From the NCBI RefSeq assembly GCF_964204645.1, contig NC_134026.1, positions 24,524,150 through 24,588,149 on the forward strand: a stretch of 64,000 nt of DNA. Reading direction: 5' to 3'. The notes below the pieces were generated by a model, which saw nothing but the letters and a program-made list of their open reading frames with translations, searched no databases and was not told the origin of the DNA. A program made the position numbers and the translations under genes. The stretch is from Tubulanus polymorphus. Taxonomy: Eukaryota; Animalia; Nemertea. Of this stretch, positions 52,057 to 64,000 are shown piece by piece (position 1 is the first letter of the stretch; the number at the start of each line of letters is the position of its first letter).

Positions 52057-53665
52057 ATATATACTAAGACACACACAGGAAAAAACAACATGAGCGAGAC
52101 AAGAAATTTGAGCTTTTTCTTTGCGCTACAATAAACAAATTAACAGATTAAAATCACAAATTATAATGACAAGGCGTTAGAGATGGAATAAAACCCTCCG
52201 TGACTACCCATCCATAATTTCTGTTTTGACTTGCTAATTTCTCATGATAATATTCTCTTAATAATGGTCTCGCCTAATCAATCTTCACACCAAAAAGGCT
52301 TGATATCGATAAACGGCAAGACGGAAATACGATATAAGGAGGGCAGCGGGAATCGAGATGAAAGTTTCCTGTGTTGGCGTGGTGGATACCCGACAGAACT
52401 GCGGGGACCAGTCAAATTTGTGCTGATAATTGACGATGGTTGGACTGAATATGGAACAGTTCCGTATTCACCGGATTCGGCGGGAAAGTAAACCTGTAGA
52501 ATGTCTGCAACTATCGATTCATATGAATAGATTTATTTGCGTGATAAAACATCTGAATTAGCCAGAATGTTGTACGGACTCGTGTGGTGAAGATTTCAGC
52601 GTTTAATCTTTAGAAACATCAATACAATGCGCCGGAAGATGCACTGCCCATAAATTGTAAAAGCAAGCGAAGAAACCTTTATGTGACCGAGAAAGCAAAC
52701 GAGTCCTATCGTAAAACAATATCACTGATGAAGATTCAATTTACCAAATTGATTAAGTACATAATATATCTGGTAAAATTGTCGCCTTTAAATATAGTGC
52801 CAACTAACTACATTTTTATCAGATCAGACGATAAACCTGGCCTGGTGCCATGCCTAAATATACTGTTTACCGGATGGCAAATAAGGTAGTGGCTTTTCTT
52901 CATCATTACGATGAAATAACTCAATTGGGCAATTTTGTGCAATTTTGAGCCTGCATGTCTCCTGCAGTCACCTCACCTGTTCTTTTCATCAAGCGCTTAC
53001 CCAGACGCATTATACTTTGCTGTTAGCGTTAGTCCTTCGTAGCACGCAATCAAGAGACAGACTAGACAGTAGGGACGAAGAGAAGTAGTCTATTTATTTT
53101 CCGAAGTATATCCATAATTCTTTAGCCAGTGCATTTATCTAGGTCTAGATTTATTGCGGAAATGCATGAAAATTTATTTCGAAAATTGAAGCATTAACTT
53201 ACTTTCAAAGAACTAATTCGGATTAGCACCATCGAACGAGTTTTTTCTTTGCCTTGCTTTACTTGAAATATAATAGCGAGAAAGTAATGAAAAATTGGCG
53301 CAATTTTTGTTGGCGAAATAATTAAAACCAGTGTCTTTCCTAAATGTTCGTTTTCATTCGAGGAAAATCAACTACGATTGTGTATGGCTCTTAGTGATGT
53401 TTATTAGAGTCAACATGATCATACTATAGACGTATATTAGACAAAAATAAATCTATATTGTTCAGTATTTTTAAAAACCGGAATACATTAAATCCAGTTT
53501 GTAAACAGCTGTGGTATACTAATTAATAAATTGCCTACACGAGAATTACGGTATAGTTGTATCGTTAGGATTAGGGGAGCAGAGACGCAGAATTTTCCGA
53601 ACCGAACATGAGTATAATATATTTTAATTTGAATAAGAAGATCGTGAGTGTTTGTGCTGAATAAT

Positions 53666-55529
53666 TCAGTTGGCTTTAGACAAACTGTGGCCCTTTGACT
53701 CGTGGCCCTGGCGACAGACTATCATGAAAGCTGAAACCGCAAGCATTACAGCTGGAACACCTGCAAGCGGAACGGATTCGGTTGCGTGATGAATAATTCC
53801 GTATATGACCGGAGCAAATATGCGAGATATGGACAGGACACTTTGACCGAGTCCCATGAGAGTTCCGCTATCTTCTTTACCGCCGTATTTGATCAACATG
53901 TTGACAACACTGATTCTAGTTACAGCCTGACATAATCTATACGGTATTTGAATACAGACAAACATCCATAAAAACGGTGCCATCAATAATCCAGACATGG
54001 AAATAACATGTAAGCCTATCATGTGCAGGAGTAACCGTTCGTTGTTGCTTTTGTACCATTTTGCGTTGGCGACCATCTCGACGAAAAACGATGACAACAC
54101 TGACAGCGCGTTCGCCGATGAGATTACCATTCCCAATATCGTATTTGATGGTTTATGTCGCTGGTATAATAGAACCGGTGAAATCTCTCTGAACATCAGC
54201 GAGGACGTTCCCAGAAGAAATTTAATCAGAAAAACATGCCATAATTGGCGCCACGATCTGTGCCGAAAATAGTTGACAATTCCTCTGTTGGGTCGATGTT
54301 GAGAGAGTTCATCAGCGACGCCGACTGCTACGTCACTACCAGATATGTCGTCTGGCAGGAAAAGCCTCGCAAAAACTGAAATTTAATCAGAGAATCAGTT
54401 ACTGTTTGTTACACGCTTCGATTGCGCCGGAGACACTCTGACAGGTTGTATTGATTAGTCTGCGAGAGCAAATATTCAACTAAAACTAAATTAGCTGGCT
54501 GTTTTTGATTGATATAACTCGGTTAAAAAAATCTAGTGTTTATTAGATTGAATAATGGAACGACAGTTGTAATTTGCAATTCAAGGTTTTGCACCTAAGG
54601 TAAAATGCGAATGAGTCGAAATGAGTTACCTGCTGTTAAGACTAAAATCGAGGCTCCTATTATAGTAGTTGTACTGTAGCCATTCACAAGATTGTCCGTA
54701 AAATGACCCCCAAGAACTGGCCCAATAACGAATCCAACATTTCCGAATGCATTCTGTCGACTAAACACCTGCGAATGAAGTTTGGCAGGTACGTTCTTCG
54801 CCAAATAAGCCCTGAGAAGGTTTTGAGTGTGTTTGAAGCAGCCTAAGATGTAGCAGGAATTTCTATATTGTTATTACGTTATTAGATTTTCTTAATAAGA
54901 GATTCCGATATCAAGATCTTACCGGGAAGTATACGGGATGCCCAGAGTAAGGCTACAGTCGTAGATAAGCCCAACATATAATAACCACATGACGTCAACA
55001 AAATACATGAACATAATACACTTTTTCTTCCAAATTTATCGCTATAAGTCCCCTGCAATGGAATTGAAATATTATCTCTTTTTTGTTCAACGTGGTGAAA
55101 TTGATCGGGGATGATTAATTTTACGTTGTGCCGAAACTGGATCGTGTCGCGATACAGAATGCGACTTACCACAACTGGGCTTGATAAAAATTGTAGTATA
55201 CCATATATAAAACCTAAAAACGAAACAAGAATTATATACAGACCATCGGAAACAAGCTTATATATACGAATGATTTGTAGTCCTTTAATTAATTACCAAG
55301 CGCTCCTATGTCAGTTGGCGAAGCTCCCATTGAGAACGCGTGTTTAGAAAGCAGTGGGATAAACATACTGATCGCAAAAAGATCCTAGCGAAATATGACA
55401 GGTTAGATACAGTATACCGGTATTGACTTATTAGTAGTGTGTAATTGATTGAAACCGGAAAATTGAAAAGAGAATCCTCACCAAAAAACTGATGATATAG
55501 ACGACCGTAGTAGGTTGTACCATTTTCAT
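53666..55529 (-). CDS. MFSD9: Major facilitator superfamily domain-containing protein 9-like, 6 exons
   Basis: MKMVQPTTVVYIISFL|DLFAISMFIPLL...MGASPTDIGAL|GFIYGILQFLSSPVV|GTYSDKFGRKS...RILP|GCFKHTQ...GFVIGPVLGG...GTLMGLGQSVLSISRIFAP. This matches recalled MFSD9 motifs (FLDLF, GIFKHT). Confidence 0.9.
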
Positions 55530-56932
55530 AGTGTATATTATAGTGTTTGCCTGAATATGAATAAAATATGAATAAATACATGCAAATTACAAATGGATCC
55601 ATTCACACATAAGCCATATATATATCAACCGCTTTGTATAGTATATACCCCGGTAATATTAAACACAATAGACCGTATTTAATTCGGAATTATTTGAATT
55701 TTGGATTTGGAATTGCCCAGTCCATATGGTAATTTATTTTTTGGGAAATTCATCAGTAATCCATTCAAGATGTGAAAAGAATTTGGAAAAATCACAGTTA
55801 CTTCAGATAAGTTTTTAGAAAAATGTAATGGGTATTTGAAATATTTCAAGATCGCAAAAAAGAATTACAGTCAATTTCCAAGTCCGGCACGACGTGTGTG
55901 AATGATGGGGTTCGAATCCATTTTTCGGTCATCTCATCCAGAAACTCCATAGAGTGGTTTCGAGTCCCACACTTAATGATCATCGACAGTGAATAATAAT
56001 CAAAATACTGTATTCAATTCTTAGGTAATAATTCTTAACCACTATTTATGCTAAAACACGTCGTTAATTGTAAATTCCAGTAAATTTCATATTGCCATAT
56101 TGCTCGATGCGCACGGCCTTGAAAGTTAATTACGGTTAGAGCAAAGTATTATTCGCATGCCAGGGGTCGAACATTCCCCTCACAAATATCGTGTCCTTAT
56201 ATTACAACCACCATAAAAAAAAACCACACATGAAAGAAAACGTGACCATCTTAAATAGCAAACAATTTATTTTGATGATTGCACAATAACCACAAAAATC
56301 ATTATATACCTGACTAACTAACTCCATCTCCATTGGAGACAATTCTTCAAAATTTAACACTTGTTTTTACGCAAGCTCTGTCATTTTTTTCATGCACAAG
56401 TAGAATTGATTAATACTGTTTAATGCCAGACAAACATTACTGAAAAGAAATTTCATTAATTTACCATGTAAATAGTCCATTAATACTGAACTTTGATTAT
56501 TACCCTTGCCGAGCACCAATACCAAGCTCATTAACTAAACTTCCACACTAAAATCTAAAGCTTACAATGACCATTATTTACATAACATTAAGACCACCTT
56601 ATTATCACAGTGAATGATGGAAATGGTTTTCACAATTTCAATAGGTAAATTTTTCAGTAATGTGGTCTCAGTTTTCAAGGGTCTACTATTTAATGTTCAT
56701 CTTGGTTAATCAACGCGAGAAATCCCACAGTAAATACAGAAACTTGAATATGAAGTATATATTTGCGCAACGTTTCATTCATCATACACGGATATTGTGT
56801 TTTCTTCTCGACTCATCAGCTTGGTTAAAATTGATACCTGCCTATAAAACTAGTCTCTGGAAAGGCATCCCAATTCAAAGGGTGCAATGGTAAATAAATA
56901 ATACAATTACTGATAACTTATAATCTTTGACC

Positions 56933-57966
56933 TCATATAGAATGATTCATATCTTGAAGTTCATTAATCAGTTCTTTCATGTCTGTCACAAACCAGCTAG
57001 CACTCTGTTTCACCTTTTCTCGAATTATATTTCCCCCAAATCCAATAAATGCAGCCTGAAATGACAATGTTTATGGATCAAACGTTGACTAAATCATCGC
57101 GTTGAAACTCAAACATCCAAACTTCTACAAATACATACCGCAGGAGGGCAAGCTTCAAAGTCAGTCATGCCATCACCAATCATAACTAGAGATTTATATC
57201 TATTCTTTTCAATGAGTTGAGCAACCACACATGTTTTTCCACCAGATGCAGATGTCGGCTGATTTTCATCAAAGCCGATGTAATTCCCTAAATGAATGAA
57301 ATAACAGTGGTTAAATCTTCGATTTTTTTTGCATTGTGTGTGCTCCAGGCAAGTTGTAGAATTACCTTCAGAGTTGAAAAGCAGTTTGTTACAATGAACA
57401 TTTTCAACTGGAAGTCCCAATTCAGACGCAACCGGTTCAATTAGGGCCCGGAAACCACCAGACACAAGGTATACATCTTTCTGTTTTGAGGTAAGAATTT
57501 TCACTAACTCCCTGTAATGGGCAAATAAATGGGTTAATATTTAGTTCTAAAACTGACGAAACGTAAAATAAATTTATATGGCATAGGCTAGGGCTGCTTA
57601 CTTTATTCCAGGAGTTAAACTTAAAGGATGGAGTTCCTTGAATTTCATGATCTGAAGTTGTGAGGGACGAAATAAATTCAAACGTTCAGTGAGCGCGACT
57701 CTAAATGTGATTGATCCACCCATTGCTTTTTTAGTCCTAAGAGAAAATAAATTAAGTGAGATTAAATAATCATAATCAAAAAACATTATGATTGATCTGA
57801 TAGAATGTTTGACTGACCAATTTGCCACCTCCTCTCCCTTGCCACAAAACTTGGCTAACTCATCGAGACCCTCTTCTTTACAGACTGTTGAATCTACATC
57901 AAAGCACACAGCATCAGCATTTCTCCATATAGCTTTAGTTTCATCAATGGTTTGTTGAGAAGCCAT
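56933..57966 (-). CDS. PSPH: Phosphoserine phosphatase (HAD family)
   Basis: ADAVCFDVDSTV (DxDST motif I), TKKAMGG, LTPGI, YLVSGGF, GFDENQPTSASGGK, MIGDGMTD, AFIGFGGN. Stop TGA at 56935-56933. A probable 5'UTR intron spans 57980-58283. Confidence 0.97.
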
Positions 57967-58022
57967 CGTAGATATTGATCTGTGAAGGAACCTCAAAATT
58001 CTACAATACACAATACAATTTG

Positions 58023-58146
58023 ACACAGGGACCTGAAAAAAAAATTTGACCCCAGTATCCTAGGTACTATATAGAAAAAGACTTTTTATATATAGTAGTA
58101 GGATACTGGCCCCGGGGTAAAATTTTTTTTTGCCAGGTCCCTGTGT
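58023..58146. mobile_element. Fold-back MITE-like element in the PSPH 5'UTR intron
   Basis: acacagggacctg...caggtccctgtgt ends. The inner arms (ccagtatccta/taggatactgg, tactatata/tatatagta, aaaaag/cttttt) pair almost end to end. Confidence 0.8.
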
Positions 58147-58374
58147 ATCGGTCGTTTACTTTTTTGCTAAATGCTGGCAGGCGCTTATTATAAAGGAAGT
58201 GGATATTTTTGAATTCTTAAGAACATATAAAAACATAATTCTATGCAGCCGTGATTTAACCATTAAGATTTGCTTATAATTACCTAATAAATTAGTATGG
58301 CTTTACCAAAGGATAACGTGGTCAAGCGGAAGATACGCTTTAACCTTGGAATCGCGCGACTAAAGGTCACCATG

Positions 58375-58399
58375 GTTGCCTAGCAAACCATGTAAACAA
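58375..58399 (+). promoter_or_regulatory. RFX X-box plus forkhead (FOXJ1-type) motif in the PSPH/MORN3 bidirectional promoter
   Basis: GTTGCCTAGCAAAC (58375-58388) is followed by TGTAAACAA (58391-58399), 60-85 bp upstream of the MORN3 ATG. Confidence 0.7.
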
Positions 58400-58459
58400 C
58401 TTTGACAGCTCGGGCGAATTAGGTCGCACTGTTCACAAGCTAAGCTAGTAAATGACAGG

Positions 58460-59535
58460 ATGCCTCATCTGAAACAGCCAAAAATCTTCCAACCACTTTG
58501 GAAAGAATGGGACTACAAGGCTCAAAAGAAGGGCATAAGAAACACAGTATATTCGGTAAATGGTGATGAATTTACAGGGGAATGGCTGGACAATAAAAAA
58601 GATGGTAGGTTCAATTTCATTTGAAGAAAGCAAAAAAGATACTTTACTTACCTATCATCATCATTAAAACGTGTTTGATAACCTTGTGTTATTTCAGGCA
58701 AAGGTACATATAAGTGGAAAGAAACTGGAGCTCTTTATGATGGTGACTGGAAAAAGGGAAAGCGATCTGGTTTTGGAACTTACAGTGTACCAACTAAACC
58801 AGGAGAATATCAGAAGCAATATTCAGGTGGCTGGAAAAATGATATGAGACATGTAAGCTAACAAAAGCAATAGCATCATAAAACCACATCTCTCAAAGAG
58901 GCACGGTTTCAGTCATCCCAGTGTTTTTATTTTTAGGGATATGGAACACAGTTTTATAAGGATGATGAATACTTTGAAGGTGAATTCTATGCAGATCAAA
59001 GAAGTGGTTGGGGACGAATGTATTACTCAGATGGGTCGATTTATGAGGGCGAATGGTATGATGACCAAAGAAATGGTCAAGGCATGTTAAGGCTAAGTAA
59101 GTATTACAACTCAGCCATGTAACATGATTTAAAATGTTGGAATCATAAAGAAGCTTTTCTTAAATCTTATGCGATCTGCTATCATTTCTTTAGCAAATGA
59201 AAATCGATATGAAGGATTTTGGAAGAATGATATGAAAAATGGAGAAGGAAAGTTTTTCTATCTTAACAAAGGCCAACTGTACGAAGGTGTTTGGGTTGAT
59301 GACATCCCCAAATGTGGAACAATGATAGACTTTGGTCGGGAAGGTGCCCCTGATCCGACACAGTATCCTATACCTGAGGTAAGTGATAACATGTTTAACT
59401 GTATAGGCCTATGGTAAAATTGCTTGAAAAATTTTCAATCCTTAAACTTTCCATCCTTAAATTCAGGTGAAGTTGGCAGATCCTGATCATGTCCTACGGG
59501 AAGCAGAAGATCAGTTTCTACAATATGATGATTAG
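58460..59535 (+). CDS. MORN3: MORN repeat-containing protein 3, 5 exons
   Basis: PLWKEWDYKAQKKGIRNTVYSVNGDEFTGEWLDNKKDG, followed by tandem YxGxWxxxxRxGxG MORN repeats and GQLYEGVWVDDIPKCGTMIDFGREGAPDPTQYPIP. Stop TAG at 59533-59535. Confidence 0.95.
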
Positions 59536-59936
59536 ACTACAATAATTAACTAATTAGTACATGTTTGTACATTGTGTAAATATTTGTTATCTTTTGTACA
59601 TAAAAGTAGTGTAAATAAAAATATTTGTTTTTCTAAATTTTCAAACTTTTTCTCATATCCTTTCATGCCGTCTTTTCTACCCGTATACAGCTCCACGTGA
59701 AAATAACAATAGTTTTAATACAATAAACATTTTATTTGTACAATTGAGACATATCAAATGCAGACTGGTGTACAATACTACAGAATATTACATTTACAGG
59801 CAGAACCACAGAAACTCTCCAAACCACCACATGATCTGCGTATAGTTCCACATATCCAGGTACAAGCATTCAGTTCACAAATTTGTACATAGGAACACAC
59901 AACTGGCTAGTATGGCATGATGTAATCCATCGTAGT

Positions 59937-62900
59937 TCAACGTCTTAATCTCATGAAGAAAGCATGTCGACACTCCTTTGAATCCAGAGGATAATACTTT
60001 TCGTAGAAGTCCAAAATAAACTCTTCAGGTTTGAATCCAAATTTTTGGTACAACATCATCGCTGTATTGGTAGCAGAAACATGCAGTGTCACATCTTTTC
60101 CCATACATGTCTGAAATATATGGACAAATTGAATAACAAATCTTTGATGACACCATACTTTAAATATGATAATTTGTCTGCGTTCATTAGAGTACCTGTA
60201 TAAGGTGATAAAGCATAAATTTAGCTATACCAGCTCTTCTCCATTCGGGATGTGTGAACAGGAAGGAAATGTATGCTTCGTTATACTTTACATCTGGCAC
60301 CATGAATGCAAAGCCAATCACAAATTTTCTATAAAGTACAACGCAGCTAAACTCTGGATACTGTAAGCAGTCAGATACTGAAATATATAGCACATGCATA
60401 TCAAAGTACATGCAACAAAATAGTATGAATTATTGTAATGGTTAACTTACAGTCAATTCCAGGCCAGAAAAATTCTTTGCAAAGGGAATTTATTGAAGGA
60501 ATATGTTGAGGTCTGACATAGCAATAGTCTATCGGTGGCATCTGACATGGTCTCCACAGAGGATCCTTCCTGCCAAAAGGAAACATAATTCGAATGTTCT
60601 GAAGATCTGAATTTTCAATGAATACCGGTAGTCAATTCACAATATACCTGTTATGGTAGGCAACAATCTCATTCAAGAGTTTCATTTTCAATGGTCTAGA
60701 TTCATAATCCCTTCTGATGAATGGTTTTAATATTCTAAAACAATTAGATTAGGTACAAATGAATCCAGAACAACTTGTTTCAGTCCTTATGAACTTGGAA
60801 TGTAAAACTTACCGCGCCGTGTAAGGGCTGACAATGTTCTGTAACTGACCATCTTCAAATCCCACAAGTCGATTCAAAAAACTAACAGGCTGCTGAGTGA
60901 CAAACTTTAAACTATTCATAGAACACTAGAAAATAAGGATTAGAGGCAACTAATTAATCACCCTGTACAAAAATCTGAAATAAAATGAATTCATATCAAT
61001 TTGTGATCATTAAATTCAAACACACCTGATACCTATCCAGCACTCTATGAGTGTCAAGTCCCTCCATAGTTGTTGGTAGGTTGTTAGGATTATGCTGGGT
61101 GTAGTCAGTATAGTCTGGTCGATAAGCCCGTCTAACCACAGCTCCAGTCAACCCACTAACTTCTGCATCTAAGTCAAACACTGGTTGGCCATGTTCTCTT
61201 TGAGCCTTAAAAAGTGATGAATACCGGTATTGAATGAAAGAGAATCTTAAAATTGATTTTGAATTCGTACACAAAGTTATACCTGTCTTACTATCAACTT
61301 TCGTCTAAGCCTGGCTGCTTCAGGATCAAATGGTACCAATTTTGATAGATCATTCAATTTCTTCAGCAATTGCTTTTCTTCATATAAGCTCAGTGGTTCG
61401 AATCTAGATTCAGAAAGACAAAGAAATACGTAAACATTAAAAATACAAATACATGTACATTACATTCAAATGTGACTTCTGAACAAACTTATGTACTGGT
61501 GGTGAACGGTCAGACTTATCCATCACTTACATTTTATGAGATTCAGGTTCGGATTTTATTTGAGGTTTTTCATCTTGTTTCCGCTTTTTAGAAGCGGGAC
61601 CCTCATCATCATCTTCTCCCTCACTTTCTTCTGGCGAACTTAAACCAGAATCCTCTGCTTTCTGAGATGACTGAGTATGCTGACTGCTATCCGAAATTCC
61701 CATTCTCTGGTCTGATGAAGAACCTAATCAAAATGTATCATTGTTGTCAATAATCACAAGGGCATTAATAACAAGAATCCTGCTTTGGTAGGACATACCA
61801 CCTAAAGATCGCATAATATCATCCATTTCAGGATTCTTATGGAGTGTCAGAGGTGATCCTTCTGGGCTAACTGCGCATGGATCCACTTCAAAATCACTTT
61901 CTCCACTTAAATCGTCAGCTAATAGAAGGTCAGGTACCTGTTCTAAAATGATATAAGTCCATGAATTTCAATTTCAACTTGACGTTATCTACAGGATACC
62001 AAAACTTTATTATCAATACAGATTTCTGTAAGTACCTGTTGCGACTAGATCTTTTTCTGTGAAAAGCTTTTTCGTAATTTCTTCATTGTTTTCAGCTTGG
62101 AGTTTTTGACTTAGAAGTGCAGCTGCTGAAGGTTTTGAACCTGAATCCAATACGTCATCCGAATTCTGACTTGAACTAAGTGAGACACTTTCACTCGATG
62201 CAACTGTTGTTTGGGGTGTGGATTCCTGAAAAGATGAACTTTTTTTCATAGGAATTCTACACACGTAAAAAATTTATTCTATTTCTATATCAATCATCAG
62301 ACTTTTACCTGAGAATTTGATCGTTTCTCCTTTATATCAATAGCAGTCTCCATAATACTTTTCTTTGTCCGCGCTCGTAAACTATCCATAGATGCCTTTT
62401 GGTCTTCGTTCATTTTTTTTCGAGCAGCTCTTGCTGATTTGATTTTGACATCTATAAAAACAATAGGATTTTTCATAAAACCAATCATAGTATACGTACA
62501 CTACGTTTACGGATATAATCCCTAACCCATATCTCGGGTCGGTGGTTTAATTTCACGTAATCGCCACCAGCCAAGCTCCTTCAGTTCATCGGTGCCAGAT
62601 TTAAAATGATCATTACTACCACTAGATAGTACACTGGATACTGTTCCAAACCAAGTGGATGACTGCTTTCTGTAAAATATACAAAATTTACTCCCCAATT
62701 ATAAAATTACAGGCAATATACACTCACACAAAAGATTGGCAGGAAGCAAAATATTTTCTTGCAATGATATTATTAGAGGCCTTATACCTTGTATCTGCAA
62801 ACAATAGAGACCAATGCTTTTCGATGAAACCACAAATTTGTTCTTTCCAACGATAATATCCGCATTTTCCAGTGCTTGTCAGATGAAGATTGTACAATGC

Positions 62901-63467
62901 CAGTGATATAGCCTGAAGCCTGTAAGAACAATAAATAACATTCTTTCAATGGAATTATGACACAGATGTTAGCTTACCAGCATTAACCACCAACGGATAC
63001 ATACCAAGATATTCTCATTCTAACAGCAGCTTCCTGACCAGTATCTGAACAGTAACTGCATGTCAATAGGAAAAGAGTATCTCCCTGTAGAGGACTTGGT
63101 AAAGGAGACTTCAGACAACCTTGAAGTAATGAATGAGAATATGAGATAGCAATGGTAAAAAATTCAGGTCACTCGTGTATGAAGGCCTAAAACTTTTCTT
63201 ATTCACCATAATACCATAATCAAGATAACACGATTGTCAATGAAAAAGAAGATAAGAAAGAAGAGAAAGAAACAACAGAAAATGTGTTTATGAAAATCGT
63301 ATGGTGATGACAACAGTTATAGCCACAATTATAGCATCATCAAAATAAAATAAATACATACAAAACTAACCTATATGAAATCCTCTTTTACACCTCTCAC
63401 AGTCTAACATGTCATCCTCTCTGTCAGCTACTGAACAGTAACAGTGAGGCCCCATGTTTCCAGCCAT
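59937..63467 (-). CDS. KAT14: Lysine acetyltransferase 14 (CSRP2BP/ATAC2), N-terminal Cys/His finger and C-terminal GNAT domain
   Basis: MAGNMGPHCYC...CERCKEDFHI, WLQAISLALYNL...GYYRWKEQICGFIEKHW, PIDYCYVRPQHIPSINSLCKEFFWPGID, FTHPEWRRAGIAKFMLYHLIQTCMGKDVTLHVSATNTAMMLYQKFGFKPEE. Stop TGA at 59939-59937. Confidence 0.96.
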
Positions 63468-64000
63468 AATTCAGTCAGCAACATCAACTGTGTCCAGGCC
63501 ACAGACGTGTGAAACGAAACTGTGAGCATCATTCGGGATTCGAACCCAAAAACCCGGAAATCAAGAAAAAGCCACCAATGTAAATACAACATTTATTGAT
63601 ACAATTAAAATCATACAAAATATAATTCTACATCATCAAATCATTAATGAATGACATATTTACCATAATACGTATATATGCACTTAAAGCAATGTTCGTA
63701 TGCATACATACGATTTTATTACTTGACTAAATCATTTTACACTTTCGTAAAAATGGGATTCGAACCAAAGGCCAACTTCAATAAACCCGGAAACGTCAAT
63801 GGTTTTTCCAAGAACGTAAACACTGACTAAAATGATCATGAAAGCAATTATTTATACATAGCCACATAAGAGCTGTCTACGTAAAAGGTTTGAGCATCTA
63901 TTTTCTTTTTAGAAATTTGTTAATATTTGTATATAAGTCCTTGGAAATGGAAATTTGTGGAAATTGAAAGGGTAAACCCCTTTTAATTTTACTCATCAAT

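Noticed and set aside
55900-55975. Possible tRNA gene (GGTTCGAATCC, GTTTCGAGTCCC)
   Set aside because: No A-box, acceptor stem or cloverleaf could be built.
1-64000. CRISPR arrays, prokaryotic operons or defence systems, rRNA, intact transposase or reverse transcriptase
   Set aside because: The DNA is spliced eukaryotic sequence with no repeat-spacer array and no long transposon ORF.

Overview
AT-rich, intron-dense eukaryotic DNA from an invertebrate animal. It looks lophotrochozoan-like, but the taxon cannot be fixed from sequence alone. The ORF track is mostly exon fragments, so I assembled genes by hand across GT-AG junctions. Twelve protein-coding genes were reconstructed: FCHO1/2-like (-, partial), RCHY1 (+), CBR4 (+), an unrecognised ~700-aa Ser/Pro-rich protein (-), ADAMTS6/10-like (+), RCL1 (+), a two-EF-hand protein (-), SLC43-family transporter (+), MFSD9 (-), PSPH (-), MORN3 (+) and KAT14/CSRP2BP (-). 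Genes are tightly packed, often head-to-head, except for a ~15.8 kb stretch (28.1-44.0 kb) where I could not assemble a gene. Several MITE-like inverted-repeat elements, retroposon-like tails, microsatellites and perfect hairpins are present. I found no rRNA, intact tRNA or CRISPR array, and no clearly new multi-gene system. The best leads are a U12-type intron in RCL1 that carries inserted elements, RFX X-box/forkhead motifs upstream of MORN3 and of two uncharacterised genes (candidate new ciliary or sperm genes), and a possible exonised MITE fragment in the ADAMTS pro-domain. No database search was run, and gene names come from recalled motif similarity.
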